From an uncultured Acidimicrobiaceae bacterium (lineage in GTDB: Bacteria > Actinomycetota > Acidimicrobiia > Acidimicrobiales > RAAP-2), in NCBI GenBank assembly GCA_963767155.1, contig CAVYCU010000002.1, positions 953,746-1,017,745 of the forward strand: a DNA stretch of 64,000 nt. The letters run 5' to 3'. A program made the position numbers and the translations under genes. The notes beneath the pieces are model-generated. The model did no database searches and was not told the origin of the DNA. It worked only from the letters and a program-made list of their open reading frames with translations. Shown here piece by piece: positions 54,514 through 64,000 of this stretch (position 1 is its first letter; each line of letters starts with the position of its first letter).

Positions 54514-57454
54514 GTGGTGTCACGCGACGCGTCACGAACCAGGAAACGCCCCTACTTCAAGAGCAGCATGGCCTTGGCCATGTTCACCGCGATCGCCATC
54601 ACTCCGATTGATCTTGTGCTCGACTCCTCGCCGGCTGGCGCGTCGAGCACGCAGTACACACCGGCAACGCCGTCGCTCGCCACGTTGACCAGCCCGGCTG
54701 GATGCAGCGGCAGCTCGTGTGCGCCGTGGAACGAGTACCAGGGCGACACTGCCTTCCCGAGCTATACGTCGACCGGTGGCGGGACGGTTCTGCCCACCTA
54801 TACACCCGGCGGCGCTACCACGAGCACTCCCAACGGCGTGTCCGGTGCCACCGTGACCGCACCGAACCTGGCCGTCGTCCCGAGCGCCTCGAGCGGCACC
54901 GACGGCGTAGCCGCCTACCCCAGTGGTGTCGTCGGAACGCCGGGACCTCTCGACGACTACTGCGGTTCGGGCAACACCACCACTGAGGCAACCCAGTCAG
55001 TCTCCCGGCAGGCTGCCGGAGCCACCCTGCCGCTAGCCCCCTCATATTTCCCCCACATCATCCGCAATAGCGACGGCTCGCTGACCGGCTACTTCGATTA
55101 CCGCCCCAAGGACGCTGACGAAGCGCTGATGGCGGCCACTTCGACGGACAACGGCCAGGATTGGACCTATGACGGCGAAGCGATCGAGCAGAACCCGGGG
55201 TACTGCCCTTCGGCCGACATCAACGATGACGGCCAAGGTCATGCCAACGTCATTACGGTCGGCGGGCACACTTTCCTCTATACGCTGGCCCGCGCCGCGG
55301 GCGACACGCAGGGCGTGGGCATGATCATCCACGAGTTCACCCCCACCGAGGCCAACCCTCTTTCCGGACTGCCCGCCACCGAGAAGACGGGAATCGACCC
55401 TGATGGATTTGCCACCTCCCAGGTCGTCGTGCCGACGACCGGCGGCGCCAGCGTGCCGCTGACCACGACCGGGAGCGCCAACTCGACCGAGCAACTGGTG
55501 ACCGGCGGTTTCATCGACCTCACTCAGGACCCCAACCCCACCCCAGCGAACGTCATCAGCTGCACGGTGACGACGCTGGCCACGCCCGGATCCCTCAGTG
55601 CGTGTACCGCACCCACCACGATCACGATCAACGCGGGCGACCTCATCGAGCAGGTCATCGGGTATGACTCTGCCCAGACGCCCAAGGTCGGTGGTCTGGT
55701 GCCGACGATTCCAGCTGGCCCGAACACGACCAACGGAGACGGGGGCCTGGCCACCATCGACGTGTCACCTACCGCGACCGCGGCCGCGCAGACCAGCGGC
55801 TCGACCAACCTCGGCTTCACATTGCCGACCACCGGTGCGACCTACAACGCCAATGCTCCGGACCGCATCTACATCAACGGGACGGTCGTGTACTGCGCCC
55901 AGGGAAACAACAACCCAACCACAAAGATCGAGAACTGCACCACGGGCGCGAACCGGCGCGGCCTTTCAGACGGCTACCGGGCAGATCATCACGTCGGATC
56001 CGATCATCCCCGCTGGGGCGTTCAACACCGATCCGGCTTCAGGCGGGATGACGTCGGGCCTGGTCGCTCCCGACGGCATCGTGGGCACCATCCCGAGTTT
56101 CCCGAACGACGGAACGGTCCCAGCGGGCGCCACCTACGTCATGTACACCGAGAAGGAACTCAACTACTACCTGGCCGGTGACAGTACGACTACTGTCGCT
56201 CCGACCGGCACCAACAGCTGGGCCACCACGGGCGGGGCCACGATCAGCTTCATAGCCGGTCCCTACATCTCCCAGGACATGCCCATAGCCAGTTCGGTGA
56301 CCACGGCGAACCCCGTCACGGTCGAAATGGGACTCACCACGACGTCCTCCAACTCGACCGGCTCGGTGGTCCCGGTGACCTGCACCGGACTCGTCGAAAA
56401 CGGAGCCTCGTCCAGCCTGACGGGCTGCACGGTCCCCAGCGCCGACAACACGCTCTTCGAGCAGGCGAAGACCTACATCGCGGCCCCCGGGGCCACCAAT
56501 GTCGCTCTCTCCACATTGGAACAGACCGGCGAAGGCAGTGCCTCCAACGTGGTGAAGCTCTACAAGAACAACGAGGATGTCTCGGTATTGCGCGTGGCGT
56601 ACACCACTGACGGGGTCTCTTTCTCCACGGCCGGCCTGAGCAATGGCGGTATCGTGAGCGACTGCACCACCGTGGCCGGCGTACCCGAAGTGGTCGGCGT
56701 GAACACCACGACGCCTTGTACACCGCCGGCAGCGTACGCCGGTATCAATAACCCTTCCACGAACGTGAGTCCGGCCAACCTGAATCAGTACGCCACCAAC
56801 GAGGGCACCCCCGGCGGCTCGAACGGCACGGATATCGGAAGCACCTCGGGTGGCGACATCGACGAAATGCGCTGGGTCGGCTCGGCCGGCAGCATCATCA
56901 CCAACCCCGACGGCACGTATGGCCTCTTCTTGTCGGGGGCGTGGGCGGCGGACGGTGACAGCGATGCCTTCAACCAGATCTTCTATTCGTCCTCGGCGAA
57001 TGGATTGAACTGGACTGTCCCGATGCCGGTCATCAGTACCGACTACACCTTCTCGGCCTCCTACAACCAGGACAACAACGTGGGAGGCACTAACCAACCG
57101 CTCGGCATTTCGGCCTACTACGAAGGCCGTGCCTACGGTGCGAGCGTGGTTCAGAACCCGGACGGCAGCCTGACGATGGTCTTTGCCGGCTACCGATTCC
57201 CCAAGTCCATCGCGTCGGCCGGTACCTCTACCAGTCCCGATGCGTTGGGCACGACAACGCCGCAATGGGACGTCGGACCCAATGACCTCACCATGTACCG
57301 CAATATTTTGGTGGTAACGCTTTCCACATCGCCTGGTACTGAACTTCCTGAGACGCCGTTCCCGCTCGCCCTGCCAGCCATAGCGGCGGCGGCCATTGGA
57401 GGCGTCGCTTTTGTCACCTACCGCAGACGCCGTGAGAGTCCGTCAGCTGCATGA
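54514..57454 (+). pseudogene. large (~980 aa) secreted Thr/Ser/Gly-rich protein with Asp-box-like motifs and C-terminal sorting-signal-like anchor; one frameshift
   Basis: ORF 54514..56181 holds the signal/TM (MALAMFTAIAITPI) and the sequence as far as ..NPTTKIENCTTGA. ORF 55598..57454, in the next frame, continues from ~55952 (..GAAFQTATGQIITSDP..). Asp-box-like motifs are STDNGQDWTY, YTTDGVSFS and SSSANGLNWTV. The C-terminus is LPETPFPLALPAIAAAAIGGVAFVTYRRRRE. Confidence 0.7.
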
Positions 57455-57466
57455 GCCTTCACGCGT

Positions 57467-59011
57467 TCACGCGTCGAGTACGGACCGATCCCCGCGCAGG
57501 ACGCCGCTGACGATGTGGGTAAACGCTGCTGCGCTGTCGTGGCCTGCCGCATCCGTCTCGAGCCAACGCACGGAACCCGATGTCGTGTCGCGATCCAGAC
57601 CGAAGAGCCCGAACCGCGGCTCGTAGGTGCCCCACTCGTAGTTGTCGACCAAGGACCAGTGCAGGTACGTCGTCACCGGTGCGTCCTCGTCCTTGGCGGC
57701 GACGACCGCTGCGAAGTGCTCCCTGAGATAGCGGGGGCGGTCCCACCCGTCGCGGCGTGGAACGGGAGCCCCGCCGACCACCCTGGTGGCCATGCCGTTT
57801 TCCACCACCCACAAAGGGAGCGCCGGGTGCAGCGCGGCTTCGGCCCGGCACCAGACGCGCAGACCGTCCGCGTGAGGCGGCACATCCCACAGACGGCGCC
57901 TGGGCGACATCTCGCGTGCCCCCCTCGCGTTGCGCCCCCCGGGCCATCCGAGGGCGTGACTGGCGACGGGGTCGTACCAGTCGAACCCGACGGCGCCGAG
58001 ACTGCTCGTGCGGGACGAGGCCGCCACCACGTCGAGGACTCGCCGCGGCGCGGGCCGCCTGGCGGTAGACCGGAACCGTGACCACAACGGGCCCCCGCCC
58101 GCTCCACGATTCGTCCCGTACGGGCTGACCGCGGCGAAGAACCTCCGCAGCACGAACTCCGCCGCGTGCTGTGGCGGGACTGCGACGTCGTGCAACGCCC
58201 GCCGCTCGTCGATGTAGAGGTCGACATCCGAGGACGGGACGCCGACCGACCGCAGCAGGAGGAGGTCGGTCAACAACCGATCGAGCTCGTAGACCGAGGA
58301 AGCGCCCGGGTTGCAGGTGACCAGCGCTCCGGGTTGGACCTCGGTGATGGCGTCGGCGGCGAGCACGTGCGCGGTGAGGAGATTGTCCAGCGCACAAAAG
58401 GCGTCGGCGAAGGCGGCGTGCCGACCGGGTGGGTGTGCGCCCTCGATCCATCCCTTCAGCACCAAGATGTTGGGTTCGTTGATGGTCACCCATTTCCGGC
58501 AATGCGGTGCCAGTACGGGCAGGACGCGGGCCACGTGCCGGGCAAATCGATCCGGAGACCCGGGCCGCAACCAGAACTCCTCCCCCAAGAAGGCGGGGTG
58601 CGTGAAGTGGTGCAGCGTGATGATCGGCTCCAGCCCCCGGGTGGCGCACAGCTCGAGGATCTCGACGTAGCGATCGAGCGCGGCCTCGTCGAACCGGTCC
58701 GCTTCGGGCTCGACCCGCGCCCACTCGACCGAGAGCCGGAACGCGGTGCACCCTATGGCCGCGGCCCGGTCCAACGCCTCCTCGGGATGAGCCCAGAAAT
58801 CACACGCCACGGCGGATCGTTCCACCCGGCCCGCGCGTTCCCAGGAGTACCAATTGTTCGCCGGCTCGCCGTCACCGTTGTAGCCGCCCTCGACCTGATA
58901 GCCCGCGGTCGCGACGCCGATGGCAAAGCCCTCGCCAAGGAGGGAGGCGTTCTTCGGTTCGGAGAGGCCGACGCGCGTCCGGCCGTTGGAGCTCGAGGGT
59001 GACACATGCAC
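57467..59011 (-). CDS. glycoside hydrolase family 1 protein (beta-glucosidase-like)
   Basis: 514-aa ORF with an N-terminal GH1 signature (FAIGVATAGYQVEGG), the acid/base motif TINEPN and the nucleophile motif VVENGMA. Confidence 0.85.
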   Translation of the reverse strand: MHVSPSSSNGRTRVGLSEPKNASLLGEGFAIGVATAGYQVEGGYNGDGEPANNWYSWERAGRVERSAVACDFWAHPEEALDRAAAIGCTAFRLSVEWARVEPEADRFDEAALDRYVEILELCATRGLEPIITLHHFTHPAFLGEEFWLRPGSPDRFARHVARVLPVLAPHCRKWVTINEPNILVLKGWIEGAHPPGRHAAFADAFCALDNLLTAHVLAADAITEVQPGALVTCNPGASSVYELDRLLTDLLLLRSVGVPSSDVDLYIDERRALHDVAVPPQHAAEFVLRRFFAAVSPYGTNRGAGGGPLWSRFRSTARRPAPRRVLDVVAASSRTSSLGAVGFDWYDPVASHALGWPGGRNARGAREMSPRRRLWDVPPHADGLRVWCRAEAALHPALPLWVVENGMATRVVGGAPVPRRDGWDRPRYLREHFAAVVAAKDEDAPVTTYLHWSLVDNYEWGTYEPRFGLFGLDRDTTSGSVRWLETDAAGHDSAAAFTHIVSGVLRGDRSVLDA

Positions 59012-59068
59012 AGCTTGGCAGCTCCGCCCCCGGGTGGGCCCACGCCGGCGGTGGCGAATGGGGGGTGT

Positions 59069-59668
59069 CTAGTGCGAGGTGACCGATCGCAGACGTGACA
59101 ATGCGGCGCCCACGATTTCGATCTCCTCGCGCGCGGTGCGCACGAGCGACTGAATCTGCGGTGCCGTGGCATCGCTGCAGGCGCGCAGAGCCGCAGACTG
59201 CACATCGCGCGCGGCGCGGATCACTTCCGCCACCTGCGTCCGCACCGCATCGGGTCCGCTGTGTCCCGACGGCAGGCGCCGTTCCAGTCGCAGCATCTGG
59301 TCGAGCTCGCCCCCGACATGGCGCAACGAACGGCACACCGCAGGAAGCTCGGCGACGGGCGTGTGGCGTGCATCGGCATGCTGCACCGCTTCCTCCGCGT
59401 CCTCTATCGCCCGCCACATCACGCGGCGCGTCCGCGCCGCGCCGACATGACGCAGCTCGGCGGAGTGGGCCCGCGTGCCTGCTCGCTCCCGCCACGCCGT
59501 GAAGGTAGAGGCACCGACGAGAACGCCCCGGGTCACCGCATGGCCCCGTACCTCACGCCAACGTCGGCGTACGACGCGGCGCACCACGAAGAAGGCGGCC
59601 ACCGCCCCCAGTGCGAGGACGCAACCGACGATCACCAGCACGCCGAGGGCATGGGCCAGGAAGGACAC
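59069..59668 (-). CDS. hypothetical N-terminally membrane-anchored protein
   Basis: 199-aa ORF with one TM helix (LGVLVIVGCVLALGAVAAFFVV) followed by an Arg-rich helical region. I recognise no motif. Confidence 0.45.
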   Translation of the reverse strand: MSFLAHALGVLVIVGCVLALGAVAAFFVVRRVVRRRWREVRGHAVTRGVLVGASTFTAWRERAGTRAHSAELRHVGAARTRRVMWRAIEDAEEAVQHADARHTPVAELPAVCRSLRHVGGELDQMLRLERRLPSGHSGPDAVRTQVAEVIRAARDVQSAALRACSDATAPQIQSLVRTAREEIEIVGAALSRLRSVTSH

Positions 59669-59827
59669 GCAAAAAGTCTACGCCCGGCATTGTCATGGCC
59701 GTCCGTCGGCGCCAGGCGCCCTCTGCAGGCTGCGGCGGGGGCGTGGTTGGCAATCGGGTCCGGTAGGGGGAAGAATCGCCCCGCTCGCCGGCCAGCCCGG
59801 CGAAGGTGGCCGATGAAGGGAGCACGG

Positions 59828-60601
59828 ATGGCAGACGAAGTGTTGCGGGAACGCCGGGGGCACGTGGAGATCCTCACCATCAACCGGCCCGAGGCGCGCA
59901 ATGCGATCAACGGTGCCGTCAGCCGCGCCATGTCGTCGGCCATGGACGAGCTCGCCGACGACGACGGCTGTTGGGTGGTCATCCTCACCGGGAGCGGGGA
60001 CAAGGCCTTCTGCGCCGGCATGGACCTCAAGGCGTTCTCGAGCGGGGAGAGCAAGGACATCATGGGGGCCAGCGGGGGATTCGGCGGTCTGACCCAGCGG
60101 GACTTCGCAAAGCCCATGATCGCCGCGGTGAACGGGTCCGCCCTGGCCGGTGGCCTCGAGATCATGCTCTCCTGCGACCTCGTGGTGGCGGCGGACCATG
60201 CCCTGTTCGGCATACCCGAGGCCAAGCGGGGCCTGATCGCCGGCGCCGGCGGCCTGCTCCGACTGCCCAAGCGCCTTCCGCTCGCGGTGGCCTACGAGCT
60301 GGCCATGACGGGCGACCCCATCGATGCCGCACGTGCCTACGCGCTCGGCCTGGTCAACCAGGTCGTCCCGGGTGATGCGGTGCTCGCCGGGGCGCTCGCC
60401 CTCGCCGACCGGATCGCTGCAAACGCGCCCTTGGCCGTCCGCTATTCCAAGAGCGTGATGCAGCAGGCGGGCGAACTGCCCGAGTCGGAAGGCTGGAAGG
60501 TCAACCAGGCGGCCGTTGATGTGGTCTTCACGTCGGAGGACGCCAGGGAAGGCCCCATCGCCTTCGCCGAGAAGCGAGAGCCGCAGTGGCAGGGGAAGTA
60601 G
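59828..60601 (+). CDS. enoyl-CoA hydratase/isomerase (crotonase) family protein
   Basis: ATG at 59828 (MADEVLRERRGHVEILTINRPEARNAI). Crotonase motifs are FCAGMDLK and AAVNGSALAGGLEIMLSCD. Confidence 0.9.
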   Translation: MADEVLRERRGHVEILTINRPEARNAINGAVSRAMSSAMDELADDDGCWVVILTGSGDKAFCAGMDLKAFSSGESKDIMGASGGFGGLTQRDFAKPMIAAVNGSALAGGLEIMLSCDLVVAADHALFGIPEAKRGLIAGAGGLLRLPKRLPLAVAYELAMTGDPIDAARAYALGLVNQVVPGDAVLAGALALADRIAANAPLAVRYSKSVMQQAGELPESEGWKVNQAAVDVVFTSEDAREGPIAFAEKREPQWQGK

Positions 60602-60621
60602 CCCGTCGGGGCTGACCTCCC

Positions 60622-61026
60622 GTGCTCGCATCCGGCCTCGACACCCTCCGCCTGACCCTTCACGTCCTGGCGGCCTCGATCTGGGTCGGAGGCCAGATCG
60701 TGCTGGCGGGCCTCGTCGGGCCGTCACGGGCCTTCGGGGTGGAAGCCCCCCGGGCCCTCGCCCGGGCTTTCGCTCGGCTGGCTTGGCCGGCCTTCGCCGT
60801 GCTGGTCATCACCGGGTTCTGGAATGTCTCCACCTTCCACTGGGCCGACCAGAGCCAGGCCTGGAAGACGGTTCTCATCGTGAAGATCGTGGTCGTGGCC
60901 GCGGCGGGCCTGGGTGCCCTCCTCCACGGGCGCGCGACCTCCCGGAAAGCGATCGCCGTGTGGGGATCGGTGTCCGGTCTGGCCAGCGTGTCCGCACTGG
61001 TGCTCGGGGTTCTCCTGGCCGGATGA
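60622..61026 (+). CDS. hypothetical integral membrane protein (4 TM, CopD-like look)
   Basis: 134-aa ORF with GTG start and four hydrophobic segments (LHVLAASIWVGGQIVLAGL..). Confidence 0.5.
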   Translation: MLASGLDTLRLTLHVLAASIWVGGQIVLAGLVGPSRAFGVEAPRALARAFARLAWPAFAVLVITGFWNVSTFHWADQSQAWKTVLIVKIVVVAAAGLGALLHGRATSRKAIAVWGSVSGLASVSALVLGVLLAG

Positions 61027-61051
61027 CCCCCATCGGGACGGAGCCGCCGGT

Positions 61052-61107
61052 GGGCCCGGTGCGATGGGCCCCGTGCGGTGGGCCCCGTGCGGTGGGCGGC
61101 GGGGTGG
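61052..61107. repeat. 14-bp G/C-rich tandem repeat (3 good copies plus 1 degenerate), intergenic upstream of tatA
   Basis: The copies are gggcccggtgcgat, gggccccgtgcggt, gggccccgtgcggt and gggcggcggggtgg. The period is not a multiple of 3 and the array lies outside any supported CDS. Confidence 0.8.
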
Positions 61108-61163
61108 ATTGGGTCTAACCTGAGGCTGGGTCCACCGAGATGTGGACGGCGAAGGAGGTCCAC

Positions 61164-61415
61164 ATGCTGGGAGACATTTTTGGGGTCGATGGCGTCATCG
61201 TCCTGATCGTTGTCGTCGTCCTCCTTTTCGGCGGAGCCGCCATCCCCAAGCTGGCCCGCAATCTGGGTTCGGCCAAGAACGAGTTCGAGAAGGGCTTGGG
61301 CGAGGGCAAGAAGGCCTCCCAGGATTCGAACCTCGCCGCCAGCAACGGCACGTCCGAGGCTGCGGCGGCACCGGCACCCTCCCCGGCGACCGACGACCCG
61401 ACAGCGCGGAGCTGA
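61164..61415 (+). CDS. tatA: twin-arginine translocase TatA/TatE family subunit
   Basis: ATG at 61164, preceded by GAAGGAGG. MLGDIFGVDGVIVLIVVVVLLFGGAAIPKLARNLGSAKNEFEKG is the typical TM helix, FGG hinge and amphipathic helix. Confidence 0.85.
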   Translation: MLGDIFGVDGVIVLIVVVVLLFGGAAIPKLARNLGSAKNEFEKGLGEGKKASQDSNLAASNGTSEAAAAPAPSPATDDPTARS

Positions 61416-61555
61416 TCTCGCCGACGGGGTCGGCTCCGCCCCCTCGTGGCGACGGCGACCCGACGGCGTGCGCCGGCTGACCACAATTCGCTCCGCACAC
61501 AACCCGTTGTGCTGCTACTTCGTCTTTTTCCGCGGGGTTCGATAGTGTCACCGGC

Positions 61556-62449
61556 GTGGACTCGTCATTGACCAGCCCTTCGGCGGAGGCCCCCGACCCG
61601 ACGCCCGAAATTCCCGGCCCGAAGCGCCGTTCCCGGCTGCTCGCGGCGGCCGCCGTCCTGGGCGGTGCGCTGGTCCTCGGCGGCTGCAAACTTCCGAGTT
61701 TCGGACAGTTCCCCGGAGCCACGACACAGGGGCGCACCGAGTTCCACCTGTGGCAGCTCTTCTTCATCGCCGGCCTCGTGGTCGGTGGCTTCGTGCTCCT
61801 GCTGATCCTCTGGGCCGTCTTCAGGTACCGCCGCAAGTCCGAGGACATGCCCAAGCAGACCCAGTACCACACGACGCTGGAGATCATCTACACGGTCGTC
61901 CCGATTCTCATCGTCATCGGGCTCTTCGTCTTCACCGTGCTGGCCGAGAACAAAGTGGACGCGACGCCAGCGAATCCCGGCGCCACCATCACCGTCAAGG
62001 CCTTCCAATGGGGGTGGGAATTCGACTACCCGGGAGGGGTCAAGGTCATCGGCCAGACCACCGATGACCCGACGATGGTCATCCCCACGGGCGTCAATGT
62101 GGAGATCCACCTCTCGTCACTCGACGTCCTCCATGGTTTCTACGTGCCCGAGTTCAACTTCAGCCGTTACGCCAGTCCGGGCTACGTCACGACCTTCGAC
62201 TTCAACGCGCTCCGCACCGGGGACTTCCGCGGACAGTGCACGCAGCTGTGCGGTCTCTACCACTCGCTCATGTTCTTCAATGTGCGAGCGGTCACGCCGG
62301 CCCGGTACGCCGAATGGCTGCGGGGGAATCAGGCTCGGGTGCGGAACAACCCCGGTTCGGTTCCGAAGCTCCCCTCCGGGGTGGGCAGCGGTGCGGCGAC
62401 CACGAATTCTCCCAGCAACGACCTTGGAGGTGACCTCTCTGGTGACTGA
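61556..62449 (+). CDS. ctaC: cytochrome c oxidase subunit II
   Basis: 297-aa ORF with two TM helices followed by a cupredoxin domain. The CuA ligand pattern is DVLHGF...[12 protein letters not shown]. Confidence 0.9.
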   Translation: MDSSLTSPSAEAPDPTPEIPGPKRRSRLLAAAAVLGGALVLGGCKLPSFGQFPGATTQGRTEFHLWQLFFIAGLVVGGFVLLLILWAVFRYRRKSEDMPKQTQYHTTLEIIYTVVPILIVIGLFVFTVLAENKVDATPANPGATITVKAFQWGWEFDYPGGVKVIGQTTDDPTMVIPTGVNVEIHLSSLDVLHGFYVPEFNFSRYASPGYVTTFDFNALRTGDFRGQCTQLCGLYHSLMFFNVRAVTPARYAEWLRGNQARVRNNPGSVPKLPSGVGSGAATTNSPSNDLGGDLSGD

Positions 62450-64000
62450 CGTCGCTGACGTTCTCGCCCCAACCATGCCTGGTCCCGGCGTGGAGGACAC
62501 GCCGGACCTGCACCCGCCCGACGCCAGCGGGCACGGCCCCGCGGACGGACACGCCGCAGGCCACGGCCACGAAGACCACGGGCCGACCGGGATCCTCAAG
62601 TGGCTGACGTCCACCGACCACAAGGTGATCGGCCTCAGCTACATGATCACGTCGCTCGTCATGTTCTATTTCGCCGGGATCATGGCCCTCTTCATCCGCC
62701 TCCAGCTGACGTCGCCCCACTCGTCACTGCTCACGTTCGGGCAATACAACGAGCTGTTCACGATGCACGGCAGCTTGATGCTCTACCTCTTCGCCGGACC
62801 GTTCGCCTTCGGTGGCCTGGCGAACTACGTCGTGCCGCTGCAGATCGGCGCACCCGATATGGCCTTCCCCCGGCTCAACGCCCTGAGCTACTGGCTCTAC
62901 CTCACGGGGTCGATCACCATGCTGTTGGGCTTCTTGGTGGCCGGAGGAGCCGCCAGCTTCGGATGGGTGGCCTACGCACCGCTCTCGAACTCGATCGCCT
63001 CGCCGGGCATCGGTGGCGACGTGTGGATCATGGCCCTGGTCCTGACCGGGTTCTCGGCCATCTTCACCGGGGTCAATCTGGTGGCCACCATCTTCTACCT
63101 GCGCGCCCCTGGCATGACCATGTTCCGAATGCCCATCTTCACCTGGAACATGTTGGTGACCGGCATCCTCATTCTCATCGCCTTCCCTGTCCTCACCAGC
63201 GGGCTGGTCATGCTGTTCTGCGACCGGCACTTCGGTACCCACATCTTCACCGCCGTCGGCTGCCATTTGGTCAGCGGTGCCCCCACGGCGACTTGCGGGT
63301 CGCCCCTGCTGTGGCAGAACCTCTTCTGGTTCTTCGGCCATCCGGAGGTCTATATCCTGGCGCTGCCCTTCTTCGGCATCGTCACCGAGATCCTCCCCGT
63401 CTTTTCCCGCAAACCCGTGTTCGGGTACAAGGGCATGGTCTTCGCGACCATGGCCATCGCCGCCCTCTCCACCGGCGTCTGGGCCCACCACATGTTCACC
63501 ACCGGGGCCGTCCTGTTGCCCTTCTTCTCGTTCCTGAGCCTGCTCATCGCCGTGCCCACGGGGATCAAGTTCTTCAACTGGATCGGCACCATGTGGCATG
63601 GCCAGCTCACGTTCACGACGCCCATGCTGTTCTGTATCGGATTCCTGCTGGCCTTCCTGATGGGAGGCGTGACCGGCATCATGCTTGCGTCGCCGCCCAT
63701 CGACTTCTCGACGCACGACACCTACTTCGTCGTGGCCCACTTCCACCAGGTCCTCTTCGGGACGGCAGTCTTCGCCGGCTTCGCGGGCCTGTACTACTGG
63801 TACCCGAAGATGTTCGGCCGGATGCTGAGCGACACGCTCGGGAAGTGGCATTTCTGGCTCATGTTCATCGGATTCTGGGTCACGTTCATGCCTCAGTACG
63901 TCGTCGGCCTCCTGGGGATGCCCCGACGTGTGGCCAGCTATCCCTCCAACCTGGGCTGGCAGAGCTACAACATCATGTCCACCGTCGGTGCGTTCATCAT
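62442..64000 (+). CDS. ctaD: cytochrome c oxidase subunit I (partial, runs off window end)
   Basis: Not in the ORF track because it is open-ended. Hand translation from GTG at 62442, which overlaps the ctaC stop, gives ..[71 protein letters not shown]... An alternative ATG lies at 62475. Confidence 0.9.
   Translation, partial: MTDVADVLAPTMPGPGVEDTPDLHPPDASGHGPADGHAAGHGHEDHGPTGILKWLTSTDHKVIGLSYMITSLVMFYFAGIMALFIRLQLTSPHSSLLTFGQYNELFTMHGSLMLYLFAGPFAFGGLANYVVPLQIGAPDMAFPRLNALSYWLYLTGSITMLLGFLVAGGAASFGWVAYAPLSNSIASPGIGGDVWIMALVLTGFSAIFTGVNLVATIFYLRAPGMTMFRMPIFTWNMLVTGILILIAFPVLTSGLVMLFCDRHFGTHIFTAVGCHLVSGAPTATCGSPLLWQNLFWFFGHPEVYILALPFFGIVTEILPVFSRKPVFGYKGMVFATMAIAALSTGVWAHHMFTTGAVLLPFFSFLSLLIAVPTGIKFFNWIGTMWHGQLTFTTPMLFCIGFLLAFLMGGVTGIMLASPPIDFSTHDTYFVVAHFHQVLFGTAVFAGFAGLYYWYPKMFGRMLSDTLGKWHFWLMFIGFWVTFMPQYVVGLLGMPRRVASYPSNLGWQSYNIMSTVGAFI

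Noticed and set aside
62724-63851. 375-aa minus-strand ORF
   Set aside because: It is a shadow ORF antisense to ctaD. The plus strand carries unmistakable subunit I motifs ([25 protein letters not shown]). The antisense product is a charged low-complexity sequence.

Overview
This is a dense, very GC-rich chromosomal segment of Actinomycetota type. I call about 65 genes with very little non-coding DNA, and I see no transposase, integrase, phage or CRISPR signal. Housekeeping anchors are gltX with tRNA-Gln(CUG) and tRNA-Glu(CUC), pntAA-pntAB-pntB, an ada/alkA-ogt operon, tatA and ctaC-ctaD; ctaD runs off the window end. Main accessory content: (1) A mycofactocin locus. On the minus strand it has mftA (36 aa, found by hand and absent from the ORF track), mftB, mftC, mftE and a coupled SDR. 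mftF-mftD are divergent and a Zn alcohol dehydrogenase sits next door. (2) A five-gene minus-strand redox/cNMP signalling cluster. It holds a hemerythrin, a heme-oxygenase-like iron protein, a receiver domain fused to a TrxR-like flavoprotein that lacks the CxxC disulfide, a cNMP-binding histidine kinase and a small helical protein. (3) A CoxM-CoxS fusion next to a shattered CoxL-type molybdopterin subunit. (4) A cell-wall amidase carrying five almost identical 126-bp tandem repeats. (5) A roughly 980-aa secreted Asp-box protein with a sortase/exosortase-like C-terminal signal. The oddest property of the window is about 30 reading-frame breaks concentrated in about 10 genes. They form islands near 12.5-14.3, 24.9-25.7, 44.4-47.0 and 50.3-51.2 kb, while more than 40 kb of neighbouring coding sequence is intact. 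The breaks lean toward single-base gains in short homopolymers, so locally unpolished assembly is as likely as true pseudogenisation. I did not find a clearly new, self-contained system; the signalling cluster and the disrupted mycofactocin locus are the best leads. All function calls come from motif recognition by eye, and no searches were run.
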